The translations under genes and the position numbers were made by a program. DNA of 48,690 nucleotides, counting the filler, from Streblomastix strix (lineage: Eukaryota): NCBI GenBank assembly GCA_008636045.1. It is 2 parts of 2 records of this genome, joined end to end, with 100 filler letters (N's around TTAATTAATTAA, not from the genome) between each part and the next. Parts side by side here need not be neighbours in the genome. Positions count along the whole stretch, not along the records: positions 1 to 24,314 come from SNRW01000241.1; positions 24,415 to 48,690 come from SNRW01000242.1. One strand, 5' to 3'. The notes below the pieces were generated by a model, which saw only the letters and a list, made by a program, of their open reading frames with translations, was not told where the DNA came from and did not search any database. How positions within the stretch are numbered: the stretch's first letter is position 1; each line of letters opens with the position of its first letter. Shown here in pieces: positions 13,044-24,416 of this stretch.

Positions 13044-15918
13044 ATGAGCATCAAATAAGGTTCCGGAACTGCATTCGACTCTGCTAATGCGACAGTCGAC
13101 ATGTCTAACACTAATTACCTCCATATTGAAGCAGATTATGGAATCTACGCTGTTCCAAGCACAGGAGGGGAAGTTGTCGTCAATATTCTCTTAACAATTA
13201 ATGCACCAAAAGCACCTGAACAAAAAGAACGATCATCCGTAGCTGTAGCCCTCGTCATTGATAAATCCGGTTCAATGAGCGATTTAAAGAAACTGGAATA
13301 TGCGAAAATCGCAGGAAAAGCACTTGTGTAGAAACTTGAGCCTAGAGATAAATTGTCGATCGTTGTTTTTGATGCAGGTGTCAATGTGCTGTTTCCAATT
13401 GCATCAGTTACAAACAAATAACATATTGAGAAGATGATTGATTTAATCAAATCAGGTAAATTATATTCATTATTATTATTTTTAATTTTAATATATAAAA
13501 GAACTATTTTAAAATTTTTATTAAATAACTTTTATTTATTAATTCTATATACTTTATATTCAGGTTCTACGACTAACATCTCTGGAGGACTTGAAGCCGG
13601 TCTGAACTAAATTGAATCTACAAAACTTGATGGAACAAAAAGGGTCTCATAATTTATTTAAAATTCGTTTTTATATTTTATATTTTTATTTGATATAAAT
13701 AATTTATTATTTATTATTTAATTTTATTATTAATTGATATATAAATACATCTCGCAGGTCGTCCTCCTCTCAGATGGCCAAGCCAACGTCGGAATCCAAA
13801 ACCCAGAAGGAATAGCAGCAATTGCAGCTGCTCACAGACCGAATGGAATTTCAGTATCTTCTATTGGTCTTGGTGTTGATTATAATGAGAACTTGATGTA
13901 ATTAGTTGCATAGCGTGGCGGAGGATAGGTATTAAAAGTTGATAGTTAGTTAATTGTTATATAGTTGATATATAACTATTATATAATTATTATTTAATTG
14001 TTATTTATTTGGATTTACTTATTTAATTAATATATAATTTAATTGATTAATTTTAATTAACTATTTTAATTTATTTGAATTATATATTTATCAGTATTAT
14101 TACTGCGGTGAAGCAGAAGATCTCTCCACAGTATTCGACAACGAACTCTCCTTAGCAAAAAATGCAGTCACGAGAAGAACATCTGCTATTATAGCTCCAT
14201 CAAATAATAATAGATGTATATAAGAAATTAAAGTTCATGGTCTACCAACTAAAAAATAAGGAAATGAGACTAAAATTGAGATGAGTGATTTAACCTCTGA
14301 AGAAGAGAGGCAGATTCTACTGCAGATAACTATTGATCCATCATTGGCTGTTAATGTTGATGTTAAGAAAGAAAAAGAAAATAAAAAAGATGATAAAAAG
14401 AAATAAAGCTAAAAAGAAGATTAATAAACTAAAGAAGATTTACAACCATAGCAAGTACCAATAGTTGAATAACAATCAATACTTCCTCTTCCTCTTTCAC
14501 TTGGTGAAATTCGTATCCAATTCAGCCGATCTGAAGGTGGAGCAGCAGAACAGATTGAAATTCCACTTTCTACCTTAGTAGTTGATGATGAAGATCAACG
14601 CGACTAAATAAATGGAGATGAATCAATACCTAATTTAATTGCAGGATCTAATCAAATAGGATCAGGAAATAGGACTCATGTCTAATCAATTGAGAGAGTA
14701 GCTGAATTTCTCATGACTGTTGAAGCTGATGCTGCCAGAACCAGAGCTGTTGAGGAGATGGAACGTGGTAATGCGAATGGTGCGCGATTTATACTGAATC
14801 AACATAGATAGAGGCAGTTGGATGTATAATAAGTTGCATTTATGCTATAGAATAATTAGGATTTGGATAGTTAGATTTAATTGAGAGGGAGTATGGATTA
14901 TAATTAAATGTAGGGAAATGATCATTTATGTATGGATGAAGGAAGTTCTAGTCAAGTGAAGAAACAAAATATTGGAATTTAATCTAAACCCAGAGGTTTT
15001 GCAGCTCAAATTTCATCATTTTTCTCCAGAAAAGCGCCTGAAACAGCTGTACCACCACCTCATATGATGATGTAATAATAACAACAGTAATAACAATATC
15101 ATCGACTTATGAAGTAAACCAGCAGTTTAAAATCACTCCCTCAGTCAGGTATGATGAATATTAGTAGAAGATCCTAACCAAGAGAAGAAGCAGCAGCGCC
15201 TAGGAATTTAAAAAAAAGTATCTTAAAACAAGCAGCGCCGAGAGATTTAAATTTTGATATGAACATTAAAAAAGAATTAGAATAGGAAAAGAGAGAAAAA
15301 TCATCAAGTAATAATAATTAAAGGAAGAAGAAGAGATCTGGATTAAAATAACTGAGAAACAGTTCAATTGCTGATTTAGAAGATGAAGCTGCAAGTGAGA
15401 GTAACAGTTAAAATAGCAGTGGAAGTGGAAGCAATAGATCTTCTGATAGTAATAATAATAATAATAAAGGTATTCGTAGATAGCGCTCATCAAGCCCAAC
15501 ATTATAATTAAGCTTTAATTCAAAACAATCAATTTTCCCATCACCATCAGTTACTATTCCGAAACCACCTCCTATTAAATTGTTACCTCCTGAATAGCAG
15601 AATACTGTTTAAGGGAATTTGAATAGAGCTTTGTTTTTGTAACAATAAGGGCTTGATGAGATTGAAGAGCAACTTGCAGCTGCAGAAGGGAATTCTGGTT
15701 TGTTATAATTAGTTGAGTAGGATTTGATTAATAATTAATAATAATTATAATAATTTATTAATATATTTTTTTCTTATTTTTCCATCCCAGCGATGAAAAG
15801 CCACTTAGTGAAATAAAGCAAGTAAAGATCATATGCGCACGCACAAGGGAAGAATAGCGCTGCTGCTTCTGCTACAGCATCGTCAAGTTCGACTGTAGAA
15901 CCGGATGACAATAAATGA
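13044..15918 (+). CDS. von Willebrand factor A (VWA) domain protein, YfbK/'Ca-activated chloride channel homolog'-like, 5 exons
   Basis: MIDAS motif VALVIDKSGSM, then DKLSIVVFD, GSTTNISGGLEAG, VVLLSDGQANVG, SSIGLGVDYNENLMQLVAQRGGGQYYY. Introns at about 13456-13563, 13644-13757, 13929-14094 and 15698-15790. TGA at 15916-15918. Confidence 0.92.
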
Positions 15919-16116
15919 GCAAAAGGAGTTATTTCTATTTATTTATTATTAACTGAGGTTCGTTTATAGTAAAAATGTTTTGAGTTGTGTTGAATTTAGT
16001 AATTTTTATATTAGTATAGTTGATATTGTATTCTAATATACTTTGGATCCGATTTGTAACAAATATAGCTCTGATATTAGAAAATTTTTGATTTTATGCA
16101 CACGTCTGTGGGGAAA

Positions 16117-19100
16117 ATGATGAAAACTCTAATTCTCGTCGTTTTGGCCTGTGCATTGAGCGCTGCTCCGGGTATGCGAACTATAAATAGAATAAAATAT
16201 TTTTTTTGGAACAATAATCAGAAATAAACAAGATATTTAAAAAATCGTTTATTGCCATATCCTGCCGTCATAAATCTTATTATTCAACTTTTTTCTACTA
16301 AATTTTTTATTATTAATCTTCTTTTCAAATAATTTAATAAATTATACTAATATCGAATGATATTCACTGATATTTATTTATATTTCGTTTTTCTGAGTCC
16401 CTGAATAATTTTGAATGTTTTACCAGTCACATTTTTATTATTTTTTATTTTATATTTTAGGTGATTCCTATTAGCCAGCTGGTGCAACAGTCTTTTATGT
16501 TTACAAAAATGGATCATAGAAAAATGATTGTAGTATTGAGTCTCCTTGCAATACCACAAAAACTGTACTTAAAAAGTACATCAGTTTATAAAATATACAA
16601 GTCAATCTAGATGAATATGATCACGAACTCAACTTAGGTGACCTTAAAGAGCTTAAAGTTGTTGGTATACAAAATTTTTGTTTAAATTTTCCTTTATTAT
16701 TATTTAAATTTTCCTTTATTATTATTTAAATTTTCCTTTATTATTATTTAAATTTTCTTTTATTATTATTTAAATTTTCCTTTATTATTATTTAAATTTT
16801 CCTTTATTATTATTTAAATTTTCTTTTATTTTTATTTAAATTTTCCTTTATTATTATTTAAATTTTCTTTTATTATTATTTAAATTTTCCTTTATTATTA
16901 TTTAAATTTTCTTTTATTATTATTTAAATTTTCCTTTATTATTATTTAAATTTTCCTTTATTATTATTTAAATTTTCTTTTATTATTATTTAAATTTTCC
17001 TTTATTATTATTTAAATTTTCTTTTATTATTATTTAAATTTTCCTTTATTATTATTTAAATTTTCCTTTATTATTATTTTTAACAGAATTTTTTGATGTC
17101 CCTATTGACCTTGCTATTCGTGGTGTTGACGGAACCGTTTTGAAACTTACTCATCCAGAAATTAGCCTTACAGAAGACAGACTGTATATTAAAAATCTTA
17201 AATTTGACATTTCAGACATTGAATTCAGCAACATGAAGCCTGGTAGCCTTCTTGAGTTAATTAATGTTGATATTGTGAGAGATGGGGGAGAAACGCCAAT
17301 AAACAAAGAATCAATAATAATTTCTAAGTATTTCACATCATATCTGAACAACATAAGAATTGATGGTGAAGGAAAAACTGGAGAAAAACCACTATTCCAA
17401 ATCTAAGAGCAATCACAATTTATACTCACAAACTCTCATATCAAGAATATTAGGAAAACTGGATCAGAATTCAACTAAGCTCTGCTATAAGCCAACAATA
17501 TTGACTATGATTCATTAATAACAATTGAAAACACAATTATAGAAGAATTCTTCAATGATTCGCCAAATCGGGAATTGATTTTTGTATAATTCGTCAATCC
17601 GATTATAGTAACTCCAGCAAGTTAACCGATACTCACTATCAAAGGATCAACTATCCAGAATAACAATCATACTGCTTCAATTGAGACAATCACTGCAGTT
17701 GTAAACTTGGTTGATGCAAAACCGCAACTTTTCAAATTCGATCGAAGCAAATTTGATAATGTTAAGACTGTAGTTTAAAATTAATATGATTATGAAGTGA
17801 TGATTCATCTTACTGAAGGCTTCACATACAAATCTATTATATCATCTTTCACTGGTAACAATTTCTCGCATTCAGTTAAGCCAATCATCATTTATGAGCA
17901 TGGATCAGATGTACCCAAATTCAGTTATATACCAGAAAGCTATACTTCTCTAAAAGTCAGTTCATAAACAGGTACATATAGTTGCGATTAATATGTTGAT
18001 GATTATACAACTGGAATTAAGACACTTAGTTGTGCAATGATTGTTATTAGAGGATAAGAAACTTTAGGATAGTTGATAGGTGTTAGAAGATCAGTTGAGA
18101 TTGAAGGAAAATTCAGTGAGATTGATCTGAGAACTGATGGTTTGTGTTATATATAGAAATATATAATAAATTTGATGAATTGATATATTATTTATTAATT
18201 TTATAGATATTTATCATTTAATTATTAACTTAATACCATTTATTATTATTTATTATAATTTATATAAATAGGTCATAAAATTACTTTCTTCAGTAGTGAT
18301 AACAAAGCAGAATCAAATGTAATATCTTTTTGGTCAACAATTACCATTTAATCAAAGGATTCATTATTCCGAGTAACAAATGGTGGAGAACTCAATCTTG
18401 ATTCAATTGAAATCATCAGAATTCGCACATAAGCTGGTGCTGAAGAAGTTCCAATTGTTACTGTTGTCCCATAATCTGGGAAATATGGAGAAATTAGCTC
18501 AAATCCTGGAATTCTTACTCTCACAGGATGTATTATCTCTGGGAGTGGTTATTACTCTGACAAATGGAGAGGAAAGGAAATTAATGATATCTGCAACTTG
18601 AATTATGCTCCATTAATTTCTGCATAATCTGCTGGTAAAGTTACTTTGATTGGAACTACAGTTACTCAATCGGAAGGAGCTGGAATATATGTTTCTGGAG
18701 GCGCATAATTATCTATAGATACAACTAGCTCACTTGTTTCAAACGGATTTCGAGATGGGTCATAACTTTCTGGAATGCTAACAAATGTTGTTTGTAATGG
18801 AATCGATGCAAGTGGATATCCTATAACAACATATGTTGATATAGACTTATAAGCAATTCCAAGTTATTCAAGAAGTTAACAGACATGGGTATTTGCAGAC
18901 ACTTATAATCATTGCAATTCTAACATCCATTCTTCTAGTATTGTCATCAACAATCGTCTTGCTCCATAAGCAACTTCAGGAAGTATCACTATTAATGAAG
19001 ATGAAAAATAATAATTGACAGTTAATGCAGTAGTTACCGGAACATAACTGAATCCATGTGACAGAGTATTGATCCTTGAAGTCAGAAATAATTAATTATA

Positions 19101-21314
19101 AACTATAGCAACACAGAATCTGATCGACTCTTCAGTTCATTCAGTAAACAATGCAAAAACAAATCAATACTACAAATCAAATGCAGGAAGTGCAGTTTGG
19201 TAAGGAGATGATAAATTCACTCTTCAACTTCCAAATCAACCTTTCTCAGATGCAACATCTGATACCAAATACAGTCTTAGAGTTGTTGAATTAAGCAAAG
19301 TTGGCCAATCTGAATGGGTTGATGCTGATGTTTAGGTAAATAGATAACCAGTTATAGTTGAACCTGGAGATGAAACTTCAATAGAAGAAGTAGATAAAAA
19401 AACAGATACAATAACATATTTGATTATTGGATTGGCAATTGGAATACCACTATTAGTGTTTATTATTGCTTTGATCATAATTATTGCTTTTATGTGTTGT
19501 GTAAGCAAGAATAAGAAGTAATAAGAAAAGGAGTTGGATCAAAACATTGAAATTTAGGAATAGATGAATAATCTGCAGTAAAAGAATAAGAAATAGTCAG
19601 ACACTGATAGTGAAGAATTTTCAGTTGATGTTACTGAAGAAAGTGAAGCAGTACAACTGTAAGAAAGAAAAGAGATGAGTGTTTATCAACTGAATTAATC
19701 TACGAGCGACAGGCAAATTAGCGGTGCAAGTAGAAGTGGTTCATTTGTTCAGGATTCTTAACAACATTAATAATAATAAGTATAAACTGAATAACTTCAA
19801 TCATCAACAGCATCATCCTCTTCATAACAAAGTGCATTTAATTACCAGAGAAGTAGTGGTGCTCCATAATAACTGTCTAAGATTATACCATAAGAAAAAA
19901 AAAGTAATGAAAACAAATAGGAGGAAATATTAGATAGTGAAGATGAAGACAGTTAAAGAGAAGAAGATTAGAAAAGAGATGTTTAGAAGCAAAGAAAGAA
20001 TAAGAAGAAGAGGCCAGTTGAGAAAAAATAGGATTTAATAGAAAAGTTGAGAGAAACATCTTAAATTTCTGAGAATTCAACAAATATCAGCAATTCAGGG
20101 TCTTTGTATGATAGTGAAGAATCATCGAGCATTTATTCATCTGATGTTAGAAGCGAGGAGCAGATAAAGAAGCAAGAAGAAAATTAGAGGAAAAGAACAT
20201 AAATTGCTGGAAGGTGTTTTTAAATTATATATTAATATTGTATAATTAATAATTATTATTGATATTATTTAATTTTGATATATTTTTTATAAAATATATT
20301 TATATATTATAACATTATAACTATAAATTTATTTCACATTTCAGCCCCACAAAGAAACTCAACAAAACTCAGCGCAAAGGAGACCATTTAGAAGCAGAAG
20401 AGGAAATATATCGAGAAAGTGAAGACAGTGACTCTGATGAAAAATAAAAGAAGAAATCTCCTACAAAAGTAAACCCATAAGGAAGAACAGAATCCAGTAA
20501 GAAGAGTGTAGAGGAAGAGGAGGAAGAGGAACTCAGGAAGAAAAGATCGATTTCAATGCGCAATAAGAAAACGGAAGTGATTATATAGGATTCTGATTCA
20601 GAGAGCAAGAATGAAACATCCTCCAGTTTTACATCTTCATCACAGGATCCAAAAATAAGATCGCATTCATAAAAATCAGACTCAACTTCTTCTGCTTCGT
20701 CATCTTCATCTACTATGATTAAAAAGAAAACTCCTTAAAATGAAAATAAAAGAGATACTAGCAAAACAAAAGAAAAAAGAAATGAAAGCAAAAATAATAA
20801 ACAGAAGAAAAGAGGATAAAGTTAAATGAAGAAAATTGAGGAAAAAATTGAATCTGATTAAGAAAAGCAGAAATAAGATAAATCTAAGTCATAGTAACAG
20901 GTTTAAGATCAAAATTGGGAGCTTGGATAAGATTATGATGTATAGAAATTAAATTAATAATTTATTTTTAATAAATTTATTTAAAATAGAAATATAATTA
21001 ATAATATTCTTTTACTAATAATTTAATATATCATTCAGGGAAAGGTTCAGATATTTGCAGCTGAAGAGACTACAACATAAGGTTCCAGAAAATCAGGAAA
21101 AGAATCACCAATAATTGAATACACGTATGAATTAATATTTGAATTAATAACTTTAATTGAATTTAAAATAAATAATTGAATAAGTTTTGTATTATTTTAT
21201 ATTATATATTTTATCAACAGATCGGAGAGGTAGAATACAATTGAAAAGAGTAAGATACAAGAAAAGAATTCTCAGACAGATTCTGGATCTGAGCAACAAG
21301 ATGATTTATTTTGA
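16117..21314 (+). CDS. Type-I single-pass surface protein: signal peptide, beta-rich (pectin-lyase/beta-helix-like) ectodomain, TM helix, long S/E/K-rich cytoplasmic tail; 7 exons
   Basis: Signal peptide MMKTLILVVLACALSAAP; NDCSIESPCNT motif; EGAGIYVSGG; TM ITYLIIGLAIGIPLLVFIIALIIIIAFMCC (19411-19500) followed by KNKK. Introns at 16172-16460, 16665-17086, 18140-18271, 20214-20344, 20940-21038 and 21125-21220. TGA at 21312-21314. The fold assignment is inference. Confidence 0.85.
16681..17080 (+). repeat. 22-bp minisatellite, ~18 copies, filling intron 2
   Basis: Unit TTTAAATTTTC(C/T)TTTATTATTA. Confidence 0.97.
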
Positions 21315-23266
21315 AATGATGTATAATTGATGAAGAAAGAAAAAATAAATAAGTTTTGAAAATGAAAGAAATACAATTTTTTAATAAGTGTATTAGTTTT
21401 CACATCAGGAAAAGAACCCAGCATGATAATATAGTCTGATTACGAACTTTTACGCTGGGAGAGTTTAATTTATTTTCCAGTTAGTAATTATTTCATCTCA
21501 CATAATAAATATTTATTTTTATTAAAATTTCTAAACCCCCCAATTTAAAAATATTTAGGGTTATAGCCCATGCCGGCCCAGTAATGCTGCTGCCCACCCA
21601 ATAAATTAAAGCTTCAATGAAATTTTTCAAATTAAAAAAAATTTTTTTTTCTTAAAATTTTTTTTATAAAGAAGTTGTTTATTGCGTTAAAAATAGTTTA
21701 TTTAATTATGATATTATATATAATGTTAAATAAATATAACTAAAACCATTTTTATGCTTCCTACAAAAAAGTTAAGTTTAGGCTTTGGGCAAATTTTTTT
21801 GCTGGGCTAATGTGTTTTCTCAAAAGCCAAAGATCAAAATTATATTGTTCAATATATAATAATTACTTCAATAAATTTTCTTGAAGTTTATCTTAGTGAT
21901 TATTCTGATTATAATCTAGCTATTCCATGGTTTCGATTTTGCGAAGATTCCAGGATTAAAAATTCGCCCAGATCGCCCTCCCGCTCAATTCGTCCTGGGC
22001 GAATTGCGAATTTTGAACGAATGATTTGCGATTTCAAAACTGTTCAATATTTGTTATTAAATTTAAACCTTGACATTTTTAGAGTTTCTGATATAATTGA
22101 AGCTGTAGGTACAAAATATTTTTATAAAAAATATTTTGCAGGATAATTCTATGATTTACCTGCAGAATATCTTTAAATTTTCATAATTAATTTATTAATA
22201 TAGTCCATGAATGATTTGTATTTGTTTAACATAAATTTTAATATCAGTTTCTTAAATATTAAATTCTAACTTAACTTTCAAATTTTTCAAGCGAATTTTT
22301 AAACAAATATATATAATTTTCGTATAAATATCATTAAAGTACAATAATTTAAATAAAATTTGTTTCAATTTTATGAAACTTATTATAATTTAATAAATAT
22401 ACGCTTTATGATAAAATTCAAACAAATATTTAAATATTTACAATGAACAACATAAAAACTAACCTTACAAATTTAAATATTTATTAAATACTAAATAGAT
22501 TATTTATTTTTTATTCTTTTGAAGTAATTATGATCATGGAGATATATTTGATGTGAAAACAGTATTTTTTCAACTTTAGGTATGATTTTAGATTAAAATT
22601 GTTAATAAAATTCTTTAAGTTTTTAATATTAATTAATTAATTTATTATTATTTTATCTTTAATAAAAAGTTTCTTATCAAAATGCAATAATTGTAATGAA
22701 AACATTAGTGAGATAATAAAATAATATATCAAATTTAAAACAATATTGAGAATATTTAAAAGAAAATTTCACGGTGGATTGAAAATGGATTATTCATTAA
22801 AAAATATTAGTAGGGTAAAAAATAAATAGATTAATTGTCAACAGGAGGTTGAATATAAGATGGAACAATAATAAATTCATCAGTTAAATATCTAGGAAAA
22901 TAATTATATTTAGAAAATATAGTTTTATTGTTTGAGATTATTAAATTTTAATTAATTTCAATTCTTTCTTTATCATCTACGTATCGTTTATCTCTGTTAT
23001 ATTTTCTTTATCATCATTATAAATATTTCTTTCATTAGCTATATTTGTTTCTTCACCAAGATTAATTCCATCACTTTTTGCAATCTATATGAAAGAAATA
23101 TGATATATGGATTATATATAAATACAAAAAATGATAAATATAGAAGGAATTCGGATGGTGAAGATATACATAGGTGATTCCGGTTGGTAGATGCAACATA
23201 AAGTAATAATAGCATGCCTTTTAGTTTCGGATCTTAAGATTTGTTATTTTTTTAACCAGCCTCAAA

Positions 23267-24314
23267 ATGCAATTGAATATCACAAAATCTCCTTTGCCGA
23301 AGACTGATGAAGTTCTTTTCATTCCTATTGAAGAGCTTCGTAGGAGACATATTGAGGAAAAGAGGAAAAGATTGTTTGGCATTTAGAATCTCCAAATTTT
23401 AAGCTTAAGTATTCTTTTATCTTTTAAGTCTGCATGCAGAGCTGTCGCGGTGTCATTCCTCTTACCTTTTGCAATTAAATAAAACAAATTATTTGCAATG
23501 ACTTCTTCATAAGTTCATATGACGATAAATTTAGAACTAGTATTGGAATGGAGTATGTCGATTAAGACGAAAAAGATGACGAAAAAAATGACAATAATGA
23601 TGGAATATACGATGATATTGATTCAGATCAAGATTCAATTCCATTATCTGAGTTATTAGATCAGTCAGATATAAATCAAATGGATGCTAAGGGTAGCTGT
23701 GCATCAGCTGAAATAAAAGAAACTTCTGTTGGCCCATATATTTTTCATGAAATAAGGATAGTATGAAGATACCACTGCTGTGTAGGAAATTTCTTTCTAT
23801 GGAGACTATTAGATCTTTTCTTCAAAGAGACATTATCTTTTGCCAAGAACTCGTTTACTAAGAGAGTTCAACGAATTGTTTCCATTCATACTCATGAAAA
23901 AGATAGAATTCTATAATATGACGAGGTTGATTATAAAACCCAAGAACATATCATATATATGTGGAATTTGTCACGCAGCAGAATTGATTCTAAACTAAAT
24001 GAAAAAGAAAGAAAGAGATTAATTCAAATGTCAAAAATTGAATATGAATATATCAGATTATTTTGAATACAATATTATGAAGCTGCAAGCTAGAGAAGTA
24101 GTATTCATCAAGCAATTTTTAATTTGAAACCATGTCAAGCTGTGATTATTGCAGATTTCAAGGAGAATTTCTAAACAGAGCATAAAAGAGATCAAGAATA
24201 GCAAGGGTTCTTAAAGAAACATCCTGTTACGTGCTTATCATTCGTGGTATACATCATTTCAGCAAAGTAATAGCACATTAAGGTAGTATATACAAAATTA
24301 TCAAAGTGCCTGAC
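23267..24314 (+). mobile_element. Degenerate DNA-transposon transposase (Sola-like), truncated by contig end
   Basis: Intronless. Reads NLKPCQAVIIADFKENF...EQQGFLKKHPVTCLSFVVY...KLSKCL, resembling the 'DF(S/K)EN...Q...T....VY...SD.L.HD' catalytic N-terminal block of Sola-type transposases. In-frame TGAs at 23764 and 24064, with a probable frameshift near 23500. Confidence 0.55.
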
Positions 24315-24414
24315 NNNNNNNNNNNNNNNNNNNNNNNNNNNNNNNNNNNNNNNNNNNNTTAATTAATTAANNNNNNNNNNNNNNNNNNNNNNNNNNNNNN
24401 NNNNNNNNNNNNNN
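24315..24414. other. Artificial contig spacer N44-TTAATTAATTAA-N44
   Basis: Exactly 100 nt and symmetric, with a palindromic six-frame TAA stop linker. Unrelated truncated ORFs lie on either side. Confidence 0.95.
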
Positions 24415-24416
24415 AA

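Noticed and set aside
16681..17080. CRISPR-like array
   Set aside because: Head-to-tail 22-mers with no unique spacers, inside a eukaryotic intron, and no cas genes
22500..22920. Possible small spliced gene (HGDIFDVKTVFFQ|GTATGA...)
   Set aside because: No consistent frame or recognisable domain; TGAs appear in the candidate frames
23764..24066. In-frame TGAs as readthrough, Trp or selenocysteine
   Set aside because: TGA ends every intact gene here; these occur in a degenerate element and no SECIS is evident
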